This document shows positions 37,985 through 47,900 of a stretch of 64,000 bases of DNA, in pieces. A program made the translations under genes and the position numbers. The stretch covers positions 1 to 64,000 of IMG/VR virus record IMGVR_UViG_3300042474_001633. The stretch is one strand, 5' to 3'. The stretch's first letter is position 1. Every line of letters begins with the position of its first letter. The DNA is from a virus. The notes under the pieces were generated by a model. The model made no database searches. It saw nothing but the letters and a program-made list of their open reading frames with translations, and was not told where the DNA came from.

Positions 37985-39042
37985 GAAGCACTCAAGTCAC
38001 CCATCAACATCCAGGTGTTCGCCGCGGCGCACTTCAGCAAAGTTGCCGATGAATATTGTGCACGTAAGTAGGCGCCAGGAGTTGAATAAAGTATTACTGA
38101 CCCCGAGGCACCAACAATTTGCGTCTTGCCTGTTCCGTATTGAATAATATGAATCTGTGCGCCTTCAGGGAAGGTAACTGTTGAGTCAAGAGGAACGGTA
38201 ACAGTATTTGCGGTGCTTGTTATGTTCATTTTAATGAACTTGTTCTTGTCTGTGAGTTGAAGTGTGTAGTTTCCTGTTTTGATGTCAATAGTCGCATCAG
38301 CCAATTTACCTAAGCCAATTGCAGCGGTTGTGCTGATGTCTGCATCGACAATGGTTTGATTAGCAATCATTGTTGATGTAACAGTTCCGCTATCTCCAGC
38401 AGTAATTGCTGTTCCAGAAATCTTGGTCTTGTCAATCGCTGCAGATGCATTTATATCTGCGTCGACTATTTTACCTGGCCCAATCTCAACGACGCCAGAA
38501 GAGTCGATTGTCACATCTCCAGAAATTGTTGTATAGGTAGGGGTTCCAGAACTGTTGGCTATTACAACCTGTGCTGCGGTTCCGGAAGCAATCTTACTTA
38601 ATGCTATCGCTGCATTGTTTGCAACGTCAGCATTGGTAATCGTTGAATCAAGAATTGCCACAGAAGTAATTCCAGTTAAAACCCAGTTGTTTGTTTCGCG
38701 CTTAACCAACTGTGCTTTTTGCCATGCAGAAGTCAAAGAGGTTATTCCTCCAGTTGCTTCGATTGTCACTCCAGTGTCACCAAAAATCTGCACCGTTGCA
38801 GAAGAACTGCTAATTATCTCAAGCACATCGCCAAGACTGAAGGCAACGGATGAGTTGGTCGGTATCGTTACGGTCGTTCCACCAGCATTTTGGAACTCAA
38901 GAAGCTGACCACGGTCTTCAAGAACGGCCGTGTATGTCGCCGCGGTAACTATTTTTCTCGTATAGTTAAAATCGCTTGCCTGCAGCGCATTCATTGCGCC
39001 GGCCGTCAACGTCTGTCCAGCTGTAAATTGTTGAATAGCCAT
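37981..39042 (-). CDS. Tail fibre / baseplate-attached fibre protein
   Basis: F.AGQTLTA..MN N-terminus, I.DADI...AAI repeats, and two YT..L.D...VT.P...F..G...W.L.G domains; follows the baseplate genes. Confidence 0.7.
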   Translation of the reverse strand: MAIQQFTAGQTLTAGAMNALQASDFNYTRKIVTAATYTAVLEDRGQLLEFQNAGGTTVTIPTNSSVAFSLGDVLEIISSSSATVQIFGDTGVTIEATGGITSLTSAWQKAQLVKRETNNWVLTGITSVAILDSTITNADVANNAAIALSKIASGTAAQVVIANSSGTPTYTTISGDVTIDSSGVVEIGPGKIVDADINASAAIDKTKISGTAITAGDSGTVTSTMIANQTIVDADISTTAAIGLGKLADATIDIKTGNYTLQLTDKNKFIKMNITSTANTVTVPLDSTVTFPEGAQIHIIQYGTGKTQIVGASGSVILYSTPGAYLRAQYSSATLLKCAAANTWMLMGDLSAS

Positions 39043-39096
39043 AAATCACCTGCCAAATATCGTTGATTTAATATTGTACTTCATATAACGCCTTTA

Positions 39097-39345
39097 CTAA
39101 TTTTCCAAATCTTCGTCTTCTGAGCGGTTAAAGTCTCCGGCCATCATCATTTGTTGTGCATACCTTAGCATTCCATCTGCAGCCCACGGAGAAAGACCCT
39201 CTGAAACAGAAACTGAAAGCTCGCTTGTCTCTTCGTCTGCGACCTCGGCAACGATAATAAAATTAGTGACAAGTCTTGACGGCATAATATTTTTCATAAT
39301 CGAATTAAACAAGTTTTGCAGTGTCTGGTCTTCATCTTCCTGCAT
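39097..39345 (-). CDS. Small acidic hypothetical protein
   Basis: 82-aa ORF in the operon with GGAG SD. Confidence 0.6.
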   Translation of the reverse strand: MQEDEDQTLQNLFNSIMKNIMPSRLVTNFIIVAEVADEETSELSVSVSEGLSPWAADGMLRYAQQMMMAGDFNRSEDEDLEN

Positions 39346-39347
39346 GT

Positions 39348-40592
39348 CTACTCCACGTACTCATGGGTTATTTTCGTGCCAAGTGGTCTTGCGGGTTCGA
39401 TAGATTCAAGAATTATTACCGAAGATTGCCCAATCACCTCAGGACCGATGGCCCCAATGGTCTCGGACCATTTTGTTTGTATATTTATTTCATAAGGCGC
39501 AGTGTCGTAGTCATATGTGACATATACCGTCTTGGTGTTGATTAACTGAAGTTTGGCCGCTTCAGTTAATGCATTTAGAGTTCCCGCATTCTTTCCGTAG
39601 TATCCAGTTTCGAGCTGCCATCTGAGCAACGTCTCTTGAGCATCGATGTCGAGAAGTGGCGGATTAAGCTCGGTAAAACTGGTTAAACGTAATTGGTCTT
39701 CTGAATTCAAGTCGCTACTCCCCAGAATAAATGCATCGGAAACTATCTCTGGAGAAAAATCAAATCTGGTTATCGGCTGTGTTCCGCTAAATTTGCATAG
39801 CCAAATCAATGTTTCGAGTTCCGCGACCGAAGAATCCACAAGGGTGCTTTTTGTCAGCGAGTCAGAAAAAGAAAATCCCTCTTCTGTATCGACATACGCA
39901 AATTCACGTGTTAACTCCAATGATTCCCCAAGACCCAAGGTTGCTATGTCTATTAGTCGCAACATTGCCCTGTCTGGAGTTGTTTCTGCATCCAAATCTG
40001 CTTGAAACATAACGTCCGGCAAGAAAGAAGCAACTAAAGCTACTGACTCGTTCGCCGAAGAAAATTCGTAGGCGGGGTAAACCGCTGGGGTTGTAAAATA
40101 AAATGTTTCGTCAGGGTTGTTCGGCTCAAATATTATATCAATATTTATTGCGGGGAGTTGTTGGTTGCTTTCAAGTTGGAACATGTTGCTTCTAAAGATG
40201 TTCCATTGTGGTGAGAGTATTCCTGGAGCATTAATTACCGCATCCGATTGACTCAAATTCAATGCTGTTGTTGTTGTTGTTCCACTAACTAGGTCAACGT
40301 CGGAAATACTGCAAGTAACCAGTCCCCCAGATGGCATTTTTACAGCAAACAAAAAAACAATATCCTGATTAAAATCTCCCACTTCGAGTTGAATGTCTTC
40401 GTGGAAGAGTGTTCCAGATTGATTGCCGGCTGAAACTTTTAGCGATATTTGTTTGAATTCGGAAAAGCCATCAAACAATTCAGACGAACCGCCTTGCCCA
40501 ATTTCGAGATTTGAAACACTCCAAAAATCTTCATCATAAATATTTTGGAGTTTTGCCAGGGAATTGGTAAGTCGGTTACGAACTCCAACCAT
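39348..40592 (-). CDS. Baseplate wedge protein (P2 gpI-like C-terminal region)
   Basis: Follows gpJ; L.WL..F.G, AGT..AL..AAK and ARPLG motifs. Confidence 0.6.
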   Translation of the reverse strand: MVGVRNRLTNSLAKLQNIYDEDFWSVSNLEIGQGGSSELFDGFSEFKQISLKVSAGNQSGTLFHEDIQLEVGDFNQDIVFLFAVKMPSGGLVTCSISDVDLVSGTTTTTALNLSQSDAVINAPGILSPQWNIFRSNMFQLESNQQLPAINIDIIFEPNNPDETFYFTTPAVYPAYEFSSANESVALVASFLPDVMFQADLDAETTPDRAMLRLIDIATLGLGESLELTREFAYVDTEEGFSFSDSLTKSTLVDSSVAELETLIWLCKFSGTQPITRFDFSPEIVSDAFILGSSDLNSEDQLRLTSFTELNPPLLDIDAQETLLRWQLETGYYGKNAGTLNALTEAAKLQLINTKTVYVTYDYDTAPYEINIQTKWSETIGAIGPEVIGQSSVIILESIEPARPLGTKITHEYVE

Positions 40593-42083
40593 TTAGAGCA
40601 CTACCACTTCTACCGTGGCTCGAGGGAGTACGCCGTAATACCCAATCTCATAGCCAATTATGCTTCCAGCAAGATTAACTTCTGTTCCCAGAAGCTCATT
40701 TCCTGGATACTCCGCCGCAGGATAAGTTGGAACACTGGTTCCAACACTGTAAACATAATCAACGCCGGCAACTTTGCTAGCAGCCACAACAATGTCAAAT
40801 ATTCTTACTGTGGTATTCCAGTTTGGCCATTCTGCGAGAGAAAGCAATGTTTCTATTTCTGACGCTACGGCAGTTGCAACGGAGTTGGCTCCAAACTCTG
40901 GATTGATAGAAATTGTCGCTGTCACCGCTATGTCAAACGGGTAGGCGTCGAGGAGCGAAAATTCTAGACCCGCAGGTATGCGCTCGGCTACCGCTTCAAC
41001 AATCTCTGCTTTTAGGGTGGATGTTAATGGTGAGCCCCCAGAGTCGCACGCATATATCACGAAGTATCCCGGGGAGTCACCTTCGAAGGCATGTTCGATT
41101 GAGTTCATTGAAACAACCGATATTGGTCCAGCGACGCCGCTTGCCGCAGTATTTATATTCGTGAACTCAACACTTGAGCTACCAGAAGATGCACCCTGAT
41201 AAACACCTGTTTTAATTATTGATTGATACGTGGTGTCCCCGTAGTAGTCGGGCGCCAACACCATAAAAAGGTCGGTATTAAAGTCATTGCACAGGTCAAT
41301 GAAATCAGCACTGGTTGAAACGGTGGCCACATCAGATTCGCTGTTGAAACCATTTAAAAATCCCGCGGAAGCAGAGAAATTAACGGCTTTCGAGACGTCA
41401 TAGACCTTGCATCTATACACATCAACAAAGTTGGTAAGAATGTATTTTTCTACTTGGGAACCAGTTGCAAGCACTGAGCTAAGGCTTTCCAAGTGAGACG
41501 TTCCCCTACTGAAATACTCAGTTGTTGTCTCGGCTAGCGAGCCCTGCGAAACATTGCCACTGGTGTGAACATCCAGGATTGCTGCACTTGGTTGAGCCAG
41601 GACAAGCTGTGTCCCAGAAGCAATTGTCGGCAGGACTCCAGCAGTCAGCGACGTTGCGTTGACGGTCACCGTTGTAGAGGCTGAATTAGCAACTACGGTG
41701 CTATCGGTTGAAAATGGATACTGAATAACATCGTCACCACTAACTATTTCATATACCGCCAACGTTTCGGCTGGAACAATACCACCAGCTTCAGACAAGG
41801 TAAATTCCAGCCCGACAGAGCCAAAAGTTGCTTCTTTGCGCAAAATGTCCAGGTACCTAAGAACGCCCTCCATAATTCCATCAGGCAGACGATTTATGTT
41901 TCCAAGATTCAACGAACCTATATAGGCACCCGCCTGAAGTATGGCATCTTCGATTGTCCCTGGTCTTGGCGAAAATTCAGGCATTGCAAGGCGCGCATAA
42001 TCAACAGCCTCGTCATATATGTCACCGGGCTGTTTGTCGTTAATCGTGAGGTCGATGTAGTCTGAAAAATCTGGTGATGGCAT
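40593..42083 (-). CDS. Baseplate J-like wedge protein
   Basis: PEFSPRPGTIE, GI.VPAET.., G...ETT.EY..R and V.GVDYV motifs; position in baseplate module. Confidence 0.8.
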   Translation of the reverse strand: MPSPDFSDYIDLTINDKQPGDIYDEAVDYARLAMPEFSPRPGTIEDAILQAGAYIGSLNLGNINRLPDGIMEGVLRYLDILRKEATFGSVGLEFTLSEAGGIVPAETLAVYEIVSGDDVIQYPFSTDSTVVANSASTTVTVNATSLTAGVLPTIASGTQLVLAQPSAAILDVHTSGNVSQGSLAETTTEYFSRGTSHLESLSSVLATGSQVEKYILTNFVDVYRCKVYDVSKAVNFSASAGFLNGFNSESDVATVSTSADFIDLCNDFNTDLFMVLAPDYYGDTTYQSIIKTGVYQGASSGSSSVEFTNINTAASGVAGPISVVSMNSIEHAFEGDSPGYFVIYACDSGGSPLTSTLKAEIVEAVAERIPAGLEFSLLDAYPFDIAVTATISINPEFGANSVATAVASEIETLLSLAEWPNWNTTVRIFDIVVAASKVAGVDYVYSVGTSVPTYPAAEYPGNELLGTEVNLAGSIIGYEIGYYGVLPRATVEVVVL

Positions 42084-42084
42084 A

Positions 42085-42384
42085 TTAGTTACCTACCACA
42101 AAGTCGATGAGGATTCTTTGCTCGCCAGTATTTTTCGGTTTATCCCTAGCAATAAGGGTAAGCTGTATTTCTGGCCAAAATTGACTAATCGTGTACCTTA
42201 TTTCTGATTCTCTGAGCTGTGCAAAAGTTGGGTCTTTCGTTCCGTAGGTTCTCTCAAGCGGCAATTCCCCACGCTCAATTCTGCAAGCAAGAGCAATTAT
42301 CTGCGAATAGTAAGGACGCGTTCCTTCAGACAGGGTCGCAGCCGTGCCTCGCTCAAATGTCATTGGTAGTTTTAATGTGTCCAT
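42085..42384 (-). CDS. Baseplate gp25/gpW-like protein
   Basis: 99 aa; GELPL..TYG..DP.F motif; lies between the spike and gpJ. Confidence 0.7.
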   Translation of the reverse strand: MDTLKLPMTFERGTAATLSEGTRPYYSQIIALACRIERGELPLERTYGTKDPTFAQLRESEIRYTISQFWPEIQLTLIARDKPKNTGEQRILIDFVVGN

Positions 42385-42387
42385 AAA

Positions 42388-42765
42388 TCAGTCAAAATTC
42401 TGGTCGACGTAGTTTTTAAGATTTTGTATCACTAGGTCAACATAGCTTTTATTTGCTGCGTCGCTAGATGCCATTGGCGTGTCGACCTCCTTAATAATTT
42501 TACTAGTAGTTTCCCTTCCAAGAATGACGACTTCTTCAAATCTGTTGTCAAGGAATCCACATAACACTTTTTGCCCAGCAATTGGATACGCAGAAAACAC
42601 AGTGCACGGGCCAAATACCGTTTGAGCTGCGACTTTAGGGATACTTACAAAAACGCCCTGAGCCCCAGCCCTAACAACCGTGCCCAGGTACAGTCCACCT
42701 GGCACGGGTTTTCGAGAAGAGGCTTTTTTTGAATTAGAAAACCTTGAGGTTGGGTCGTAAAGCAT
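42388..42765 (-). CDS. Baseplate spike (gpV-like OB fold)
   Basis: GLYLGTVV...V.IP...P.AGQKVLCGF...VVILG. Confidence 0.65.
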   Translation of the reverse strand: MLYDPTSRFSNSKKASSRKPVPGGLYLGTVVRAGAQGVFVSIPKVAAQTVFGPCTVFSAYPIAGQKVLCGFLDNRFEEVVILGRETTSKIIKEVDTPMASSDAANKSYVDLVIQNLKNYVDQNFD

Positions 42766-42767
42766 GA

Positions 42768-44201
42768 CTAAAAGATACCAGGGCTCGAGCCGACCCTAGG
42801 CTTGATTGGTTTGCCTTTTTGGTCTTTGGGTTCTTCCGGAGTACGAAATGATATTCGAGCAGATTCTGGAGAACCCTCACTAAAACTAACCTCCGTTATT
42901 AGGTAGCCCCCAAAAAAATAATTAGGCAAGGGTCCACAAACAGCAGTATGTCCTGGTCTTAAAGCTCCACCCTGTGGCATTAGAACGCTGCAGCTTCCGG
43001 TTGCGGCAAGCGGTTCGTTATCTGATGAATTGAAATCATGCCAAGTTTCTAGTTGAAATAATTCACTAGAGTCTCCGAGCATTGCATTTGCAAATAAATC
43101 TTTTGGGTCTCTGTTCGGATAGAAAAGCAATGGAACAAATTTACGAACACCATTTGCCGGACTGGTCCAGCTAGAACTGCCAAATTTCCACATCAACCAT
43201 TCTTGCGATGCGTAGACCAAAACGCCATCAACCTCAAACACGACAAACTGATTGTCTCCAGCAGTCCTGGTGAGGACGTCCCAGACCGACTCTTCACCGT
43301 CACCGGTTCGAGCTTTAAAAGTTGACTTTGTTTTAGCTGATTTTTGCCCGACAAACTCCAGGCCGAACTTCTTGGCCGCGTTTCCGGCATACTCGTAACC
43401 AGAGCCACCAGTAACCGAATTCGGAAACTTATCGCGTCTCATCTGTTGAAGAGCCTTGTTGCGAGCTTTGATTACTACGGTGGGCGAACCTCCCGGTCCT
43501 GGCTTGGCCGAAACATCGGCTATCTCGTATCTTCTTCCCCTGTATGTAACATCTCGTCTAATAATGAAATAATTTGAATCGAACATTTTGTAATCTTCAT
43601 CAACTATTTCAATAGATATTTCAGGGTTTAGGTCCATGGAATAATTAACCGAAACCGATACAAGATTATTTTTAAAATCTTCAGTAGCAGCACCAAAAAG
43701 GTCTGTTATTTGCAAAATCCCGCCAAGGTTTCTATTCGACGGCTCAATAATCTGGTCAATTGGATACCAGGTCTTTTCGCCAACTAGGTAATCAGGATTA
43801 TTCTTTATTTGTTCTTTGTAACGTTTATTTTCTTGTGCAGACAGGGCCTTGGCATAAGTATTGGCAATTCTCAGAGTGGCAAATTTGCCGAGATGCCTTC
43901 CACTTTTGTTATAAATTAATCTTGCTTCTTTTTCCGGCACAACCACGCCGTCATCGCTAATCGTTGGTATTAAAGAAAAACATAGTTTTCCAGAAATTGT
44001 GTCCTGAATTGTTATTGAGACAAGTGTGGCGATTTGACCATTTTTCAACTTAACAATAGGTCGAAGATTTAAATTTATGTTGCCATATTCAAACACATCG
44101 GCCTCGGACATGCTCAAAGACTGCATGGATGGATATTCTGGCCGTTTTTGTAATGACATAATTTCTGCGTTTCTATTATTACTACTTTGAAGCTTCGGCA
44201 A
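42768..44201 (-). CDS. Baseplate hub (gpD/gp27-like) with an extra N-terminal domain
   Basis: A.KFGL..., ESVWDVL.R.AG...F..DGVL, LRPG...G.YLITEV; module position. Confidence 0.65.
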   Translation of the reverse strand: MPKLQSSNNRNAEIMSLQKRPEYPSMQSLSMSEADVFEYGNINLNLRPIVKLKNGQIATLVSITIQDTISGKLCFSLIPTISDDGVVVPEKEARLIYNKSGRHLGKFATLRIANTYAKALSAQENKRYKEQIKNNPDYLVGEKTWYPIDQIIEPSNRNLGGILQITDLFGAATEDFKNNLVSVSVNYSMDLNPEISIEIVDEDYKMFDSNYFIIRRDVTYRGRRYEIADVSAKPGPGGSPTVVIKARNKALQQMRRDKFPNSVTGGSGYEYAGNAAKKFGLEFVGQKSAKTKSTFKARTGDGEESVWDVLTRTAGDNQFVVFEVDGVLVYASQEWLMWKFGSSSWTSPANGVRKFVPLLFYPNRDPKDLFANAMLGDSSELFQLETWHDFNSSDNEPLAATGSCSVLMPQGGALRPGHTAVCGPLPNYFFGGYLITEVSFSEGSPESARISFRTPEEPKDQKGKPIKPRVGSSPGIF

Positions 44202-44931
44202 GCTCTAATGCGTAATACTCTATGGCCTTGACATTACCAGCAGCTCTAGCTGCATTTAGCTTTGCTGTAAGCGCCTTGATGTGGTCCGCCCCACCATTCT
44301 CATCATTGCCGGTTGATTTTTTGTTTGCAGGCACAAATTTCCCATGCTTAAAACGCGGCAATAGAATCATCGTTTTCCTACGTGGTATAAACTCGATAAG
44401 CGATAAGCTGACCGTAGCGCTCGTGGTGTTTGCTTGAAGGTTCTGCCTACCATGATTTATCGTGCACTCGTCTATGTACCATTTGGGAATAGCGAGAGCT
44501 GGATGAACATTTATGAACTCAACTGGAATAGCAAAATCTGCAATTGATTGAATAAACCTAAGCTGGTCATCGATTGATTCATAGAAGTCTTGATAAGTCT
44601 GCGAAGAAGGCTTACCGTCTTCCCCTGTAAGGGTGTTAATTCTTTTTGGTGGCGCAACAAGGAACTCGAAAGAACACCGCTCCGCCTTGCCGCTTGTTAT
44701 ATCCACAATCGGCGTCGAATAGGGGCGATTGATTTCGTTGAATGTTGGCCCGTATCCACTGTGGCTAAAAGTCGTCGGAGGAAAATAGAATTCATAAGCA
44801 AGTTCAGGGCCTGCAACTTGGCGCATTTCCCTAATGTCGGAGGTATTACGCAGAACAGTAGCTGATTTTTGAAACTGAAACTTGCCCGAAATTTGACTCG
44901 GTATTTGTTTGCCGATTATTGAAATTGCCAT
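44182..44931 (-). CDS. Tail tube initiator (gpU-like)
   Basis: Directly after the tape measure; INRP...P, W.I....I, ATVSLSL.E. Confidence 0.55.
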   Translation of the reverse strand: MAISIIGKQIPSQISGKFQFQKSATVLRNTSDIREMRQVAGPELAYEFYFPPTTFSHSGYGPTFNEINRPYSTPIVDITSGKAERCSFEFLVAPPKRINTLTGEDGKPSSQTYQDFYESIDDQLRFIQSIADFAIPVEFINVHPALAIPKWYIDECTINHGRQNLQANTTSATVSLSLIEFIPRRKTMILLPRFKHGKFVPANKKSTGNDENGGADHIKALTAKLNAARAAGNVKAIEYYALELAEASK

Positions 44932-47900
44932 TATATTCTCTGTTTCACATTTCTTTGAATCTGAAGAATTTCGTTAGCAACTGCACGCGCCGTAACCTGA
45001 GGTGTTGACGATTCATTGACCGTGATGTTAAAAGTGTCCCCGCCACTAGAGCCTCCAGATGGGATTGAGCCCGTCATCTTCGCAAGGATACTCGTGGAGG
45101 TATCTCCCATTGGACCAACAGGGGGAACTACGTGCAAGTGGCGCGCACCACCAGTTCCGTGGAATTCAGCAAACCCGCCAGATGCATTGACTAGTGATGA
45201 ATATTTGCCAAGGTTGTCACCAACCAGGTCGTAAGCATGTCCGGTTGCGTGGTCTGAATTATTTGAACCAAGTGCAAAGTTCCTTAGTGAACTTGTTACC
45301 GTGCGCTTACCGGGAACAGCGCCATCAAACATGCCATGCTTGCCCATTGTCTTACCTAAAACCTTGGGCGTATCGGTGTCACCCATTGGGACAAGTTTGT
45401 CAATTACGCCGTTTTTGAGTTGAACCTCAAATCCATTAGTCCACCAGCTTGGTGCATCATTCCACCACTTAGGTGTGTCTGTTGATTCAAAGAATTCTTG
45501 GCGAACAGCGTTCGTGAACTCCTCTCTCATCAATGCGGCTTCTGCGGTCAGAATATCTTTGTATGGGTCTAGTTCTCCTGACATCTCGGGCTTTAATTTT
45601 GTTCCAAACAGATTATTTCCCAGAGCCCCACTACCTAAAAGTTTTGAACCAATAATTGAAGCTATGGCATCTTGTCCTTTGCCTTGAAACGCGACACCCC
45701 TAGAAAGCATTCCTTCAAGGTCTCTTATCTGAGCGGTTGCGGCCTCATCGCCACCCATTGCCTTTGTTATCAGGGCGTTTATTTGTGTTTGTGCTCCGCT
45801 AAATGCTTTTTCTCCATCCTCAAAGACAAAACCGGCTTCTCCGGCCATAGCCAGAAGTTGTTTTGTCATTTCAGTTGCTGAGCCTGAAGCAGTCTGTTTT
45901 TGCGCCTGACCGATGAGCCCCTTAGCTTCGTCCCCCATAACGACGCCCGAAAGAGGACCTCCTGGACCAAACGCGGAACCTGCGCCCACATTCGCACCAG
46001 TGCCAAAGGCTTGGGCTTGAGCTATCGAATTGAGAAGGGGTGAGTCCGGGGAGATGTAGTTTGAATAATCGAGATATTTTGTGTAGTAATCGAGGAATGC
46101 TTCCGTTGATGTATCTCCACCAGTCAAGTTATCCCCAGAAGCCTGAAGGGCGTCTTTCATGGCTTTGTTTTCGGAGAATCTCTTAAACACGTCCATGGCT
46201 CTAATTTGCACATCCCTAAGAGCATCCGAGAATTGTTTTGAAGTCTTGGTCATCCCGACGCCGAGAGCTTTGGTTGCATCATTGAGTTTAAGAGTGGTGC
46301 TGTAGAGGTCTACATTGCGCTCCATGGCGAGTTTATATATTTCCTCGGAAGTCATTCCTGTTGTTTGTTTCAGGGAATTCATGATTGAATCAAATTGATT
46401 AAAAGCCGGAGTCAATGCCTGGTCCATGTTTTTGGATGTTTTTGCAAGAGCTTTTTGGGCGTCTTCAGCATTGTCTCCAAGCGCAAGGCTGAGTTCATTC
46501 CCGCCAATCACTCCAGCGTCAATGAAAGGTTGCAAAACCTTTTTTCTATCTTCCTTTGTTTCGGCCTTCGTAAAATCGCGAGTCATGTTTCGAGATGCCG
46601 CAAGTACGGCGCGAGCCTCGGTAGTGCTTCCTGCTTGACCACCTTTTGCCGCCGCCGCAGCTATTCCGGATATCTGAGCAAGACCCACCTTGCCCATTGC
46701 CCCTTCTGCCATCTTCTTTTGGTTGCGTTTTGCTGCCAGGAAGCCGAGACCAGCACCAAGCACGCCACCAACTGCTGCTCCAAGTGGACCAGCAATCATT
46801 GCGCCGACTGCTGCACCACTGACTGCACCAGCAATCGCCCCACCTTTTTTGGTCTTGGATGAAAACGCTGTCAAACCAGCACCTACCGCAAGACCAAGCA
46901 TTGGGTTAATGGCCATCAGAGACGCGCCCATTTGCATTCCGCCCTGTGCTTCTTCTGTGCCATATCTGCTAGCCAACGCGCTGGCCCCCATGCCAGCAAT
47001 CATGCCTGCGCCGCTCAAGCTATACTTTGCACCAGCTTTCATCCCTTGAAGCCTGCTGAACTTTGCGTTTGCAGGAATTTGTCCAGCCTTCTTGGCTTCA
47101 TTAAAATTCAATCTTGCGTTTCTGTATCCCTGACCAAAGTTCCCACCCTTTGCGGAATTGTAGGCTCTACCCAATAAGCCATTACCGGGTCCCAACTGCC
47201 CCATTCCGCTTTGGTTTCTGATTGTATCCCTGAATCCTCTATAGCCACCTTCGTTATAAGACTGGCCAAGCAGTGTTCTTCCAGCAAAACCACGAAGACC
47301 ACCTCTTCTGGCGGTGTTGTTGTAATTGTTTGTTCCGGTTCCGGCAGCCTGTTGTCCGGTTATGCCACCCATCCCGCCCATCGCGCCAGAAACAGTTGGG
47401 GTGCCGTTGAGCAAAAAACTGCCATAGCTTTTTGCTCTACCAAGCAATTTTTTCTCAAGTTCAACTACGCCGGGCAGTGCATCAATGCGGCTAGGGATTG
47501 CCGCAAGACGCCCCCTAATGCCTTGTCGAATCGGCCTGCCAGGAAAAAACCCAGACGCCTGGAGGGACTGGTCTGTTCTGTACCTAAACGCAGAATTGTC
47601 CATCAGATTACTATGCGGTCCCTGTGGGGCATTCGGCCTAAGCTTCATCCTCCTCATACGCTCGGAAGCCTGGTATTGCTCACGCGTCATCATTCTCTGA
47701 CCTATGTTTTCATAGTCTGGTGTGACGCCACGTCGTCTACCAAAAATGTTTGTAGAATCTTGGTCTTTGCGGCCGAGAAGGTCTTTTGCTGACCGATTCA
47801 TGCCTAAACTCGGAGCCTTATACCCTCTTTGCTCTAGGGGTAAGTCGGTTACACCTCGATTCCTCGTGACGAATGCATTGACATCGCGCTGGTAGTCTGC

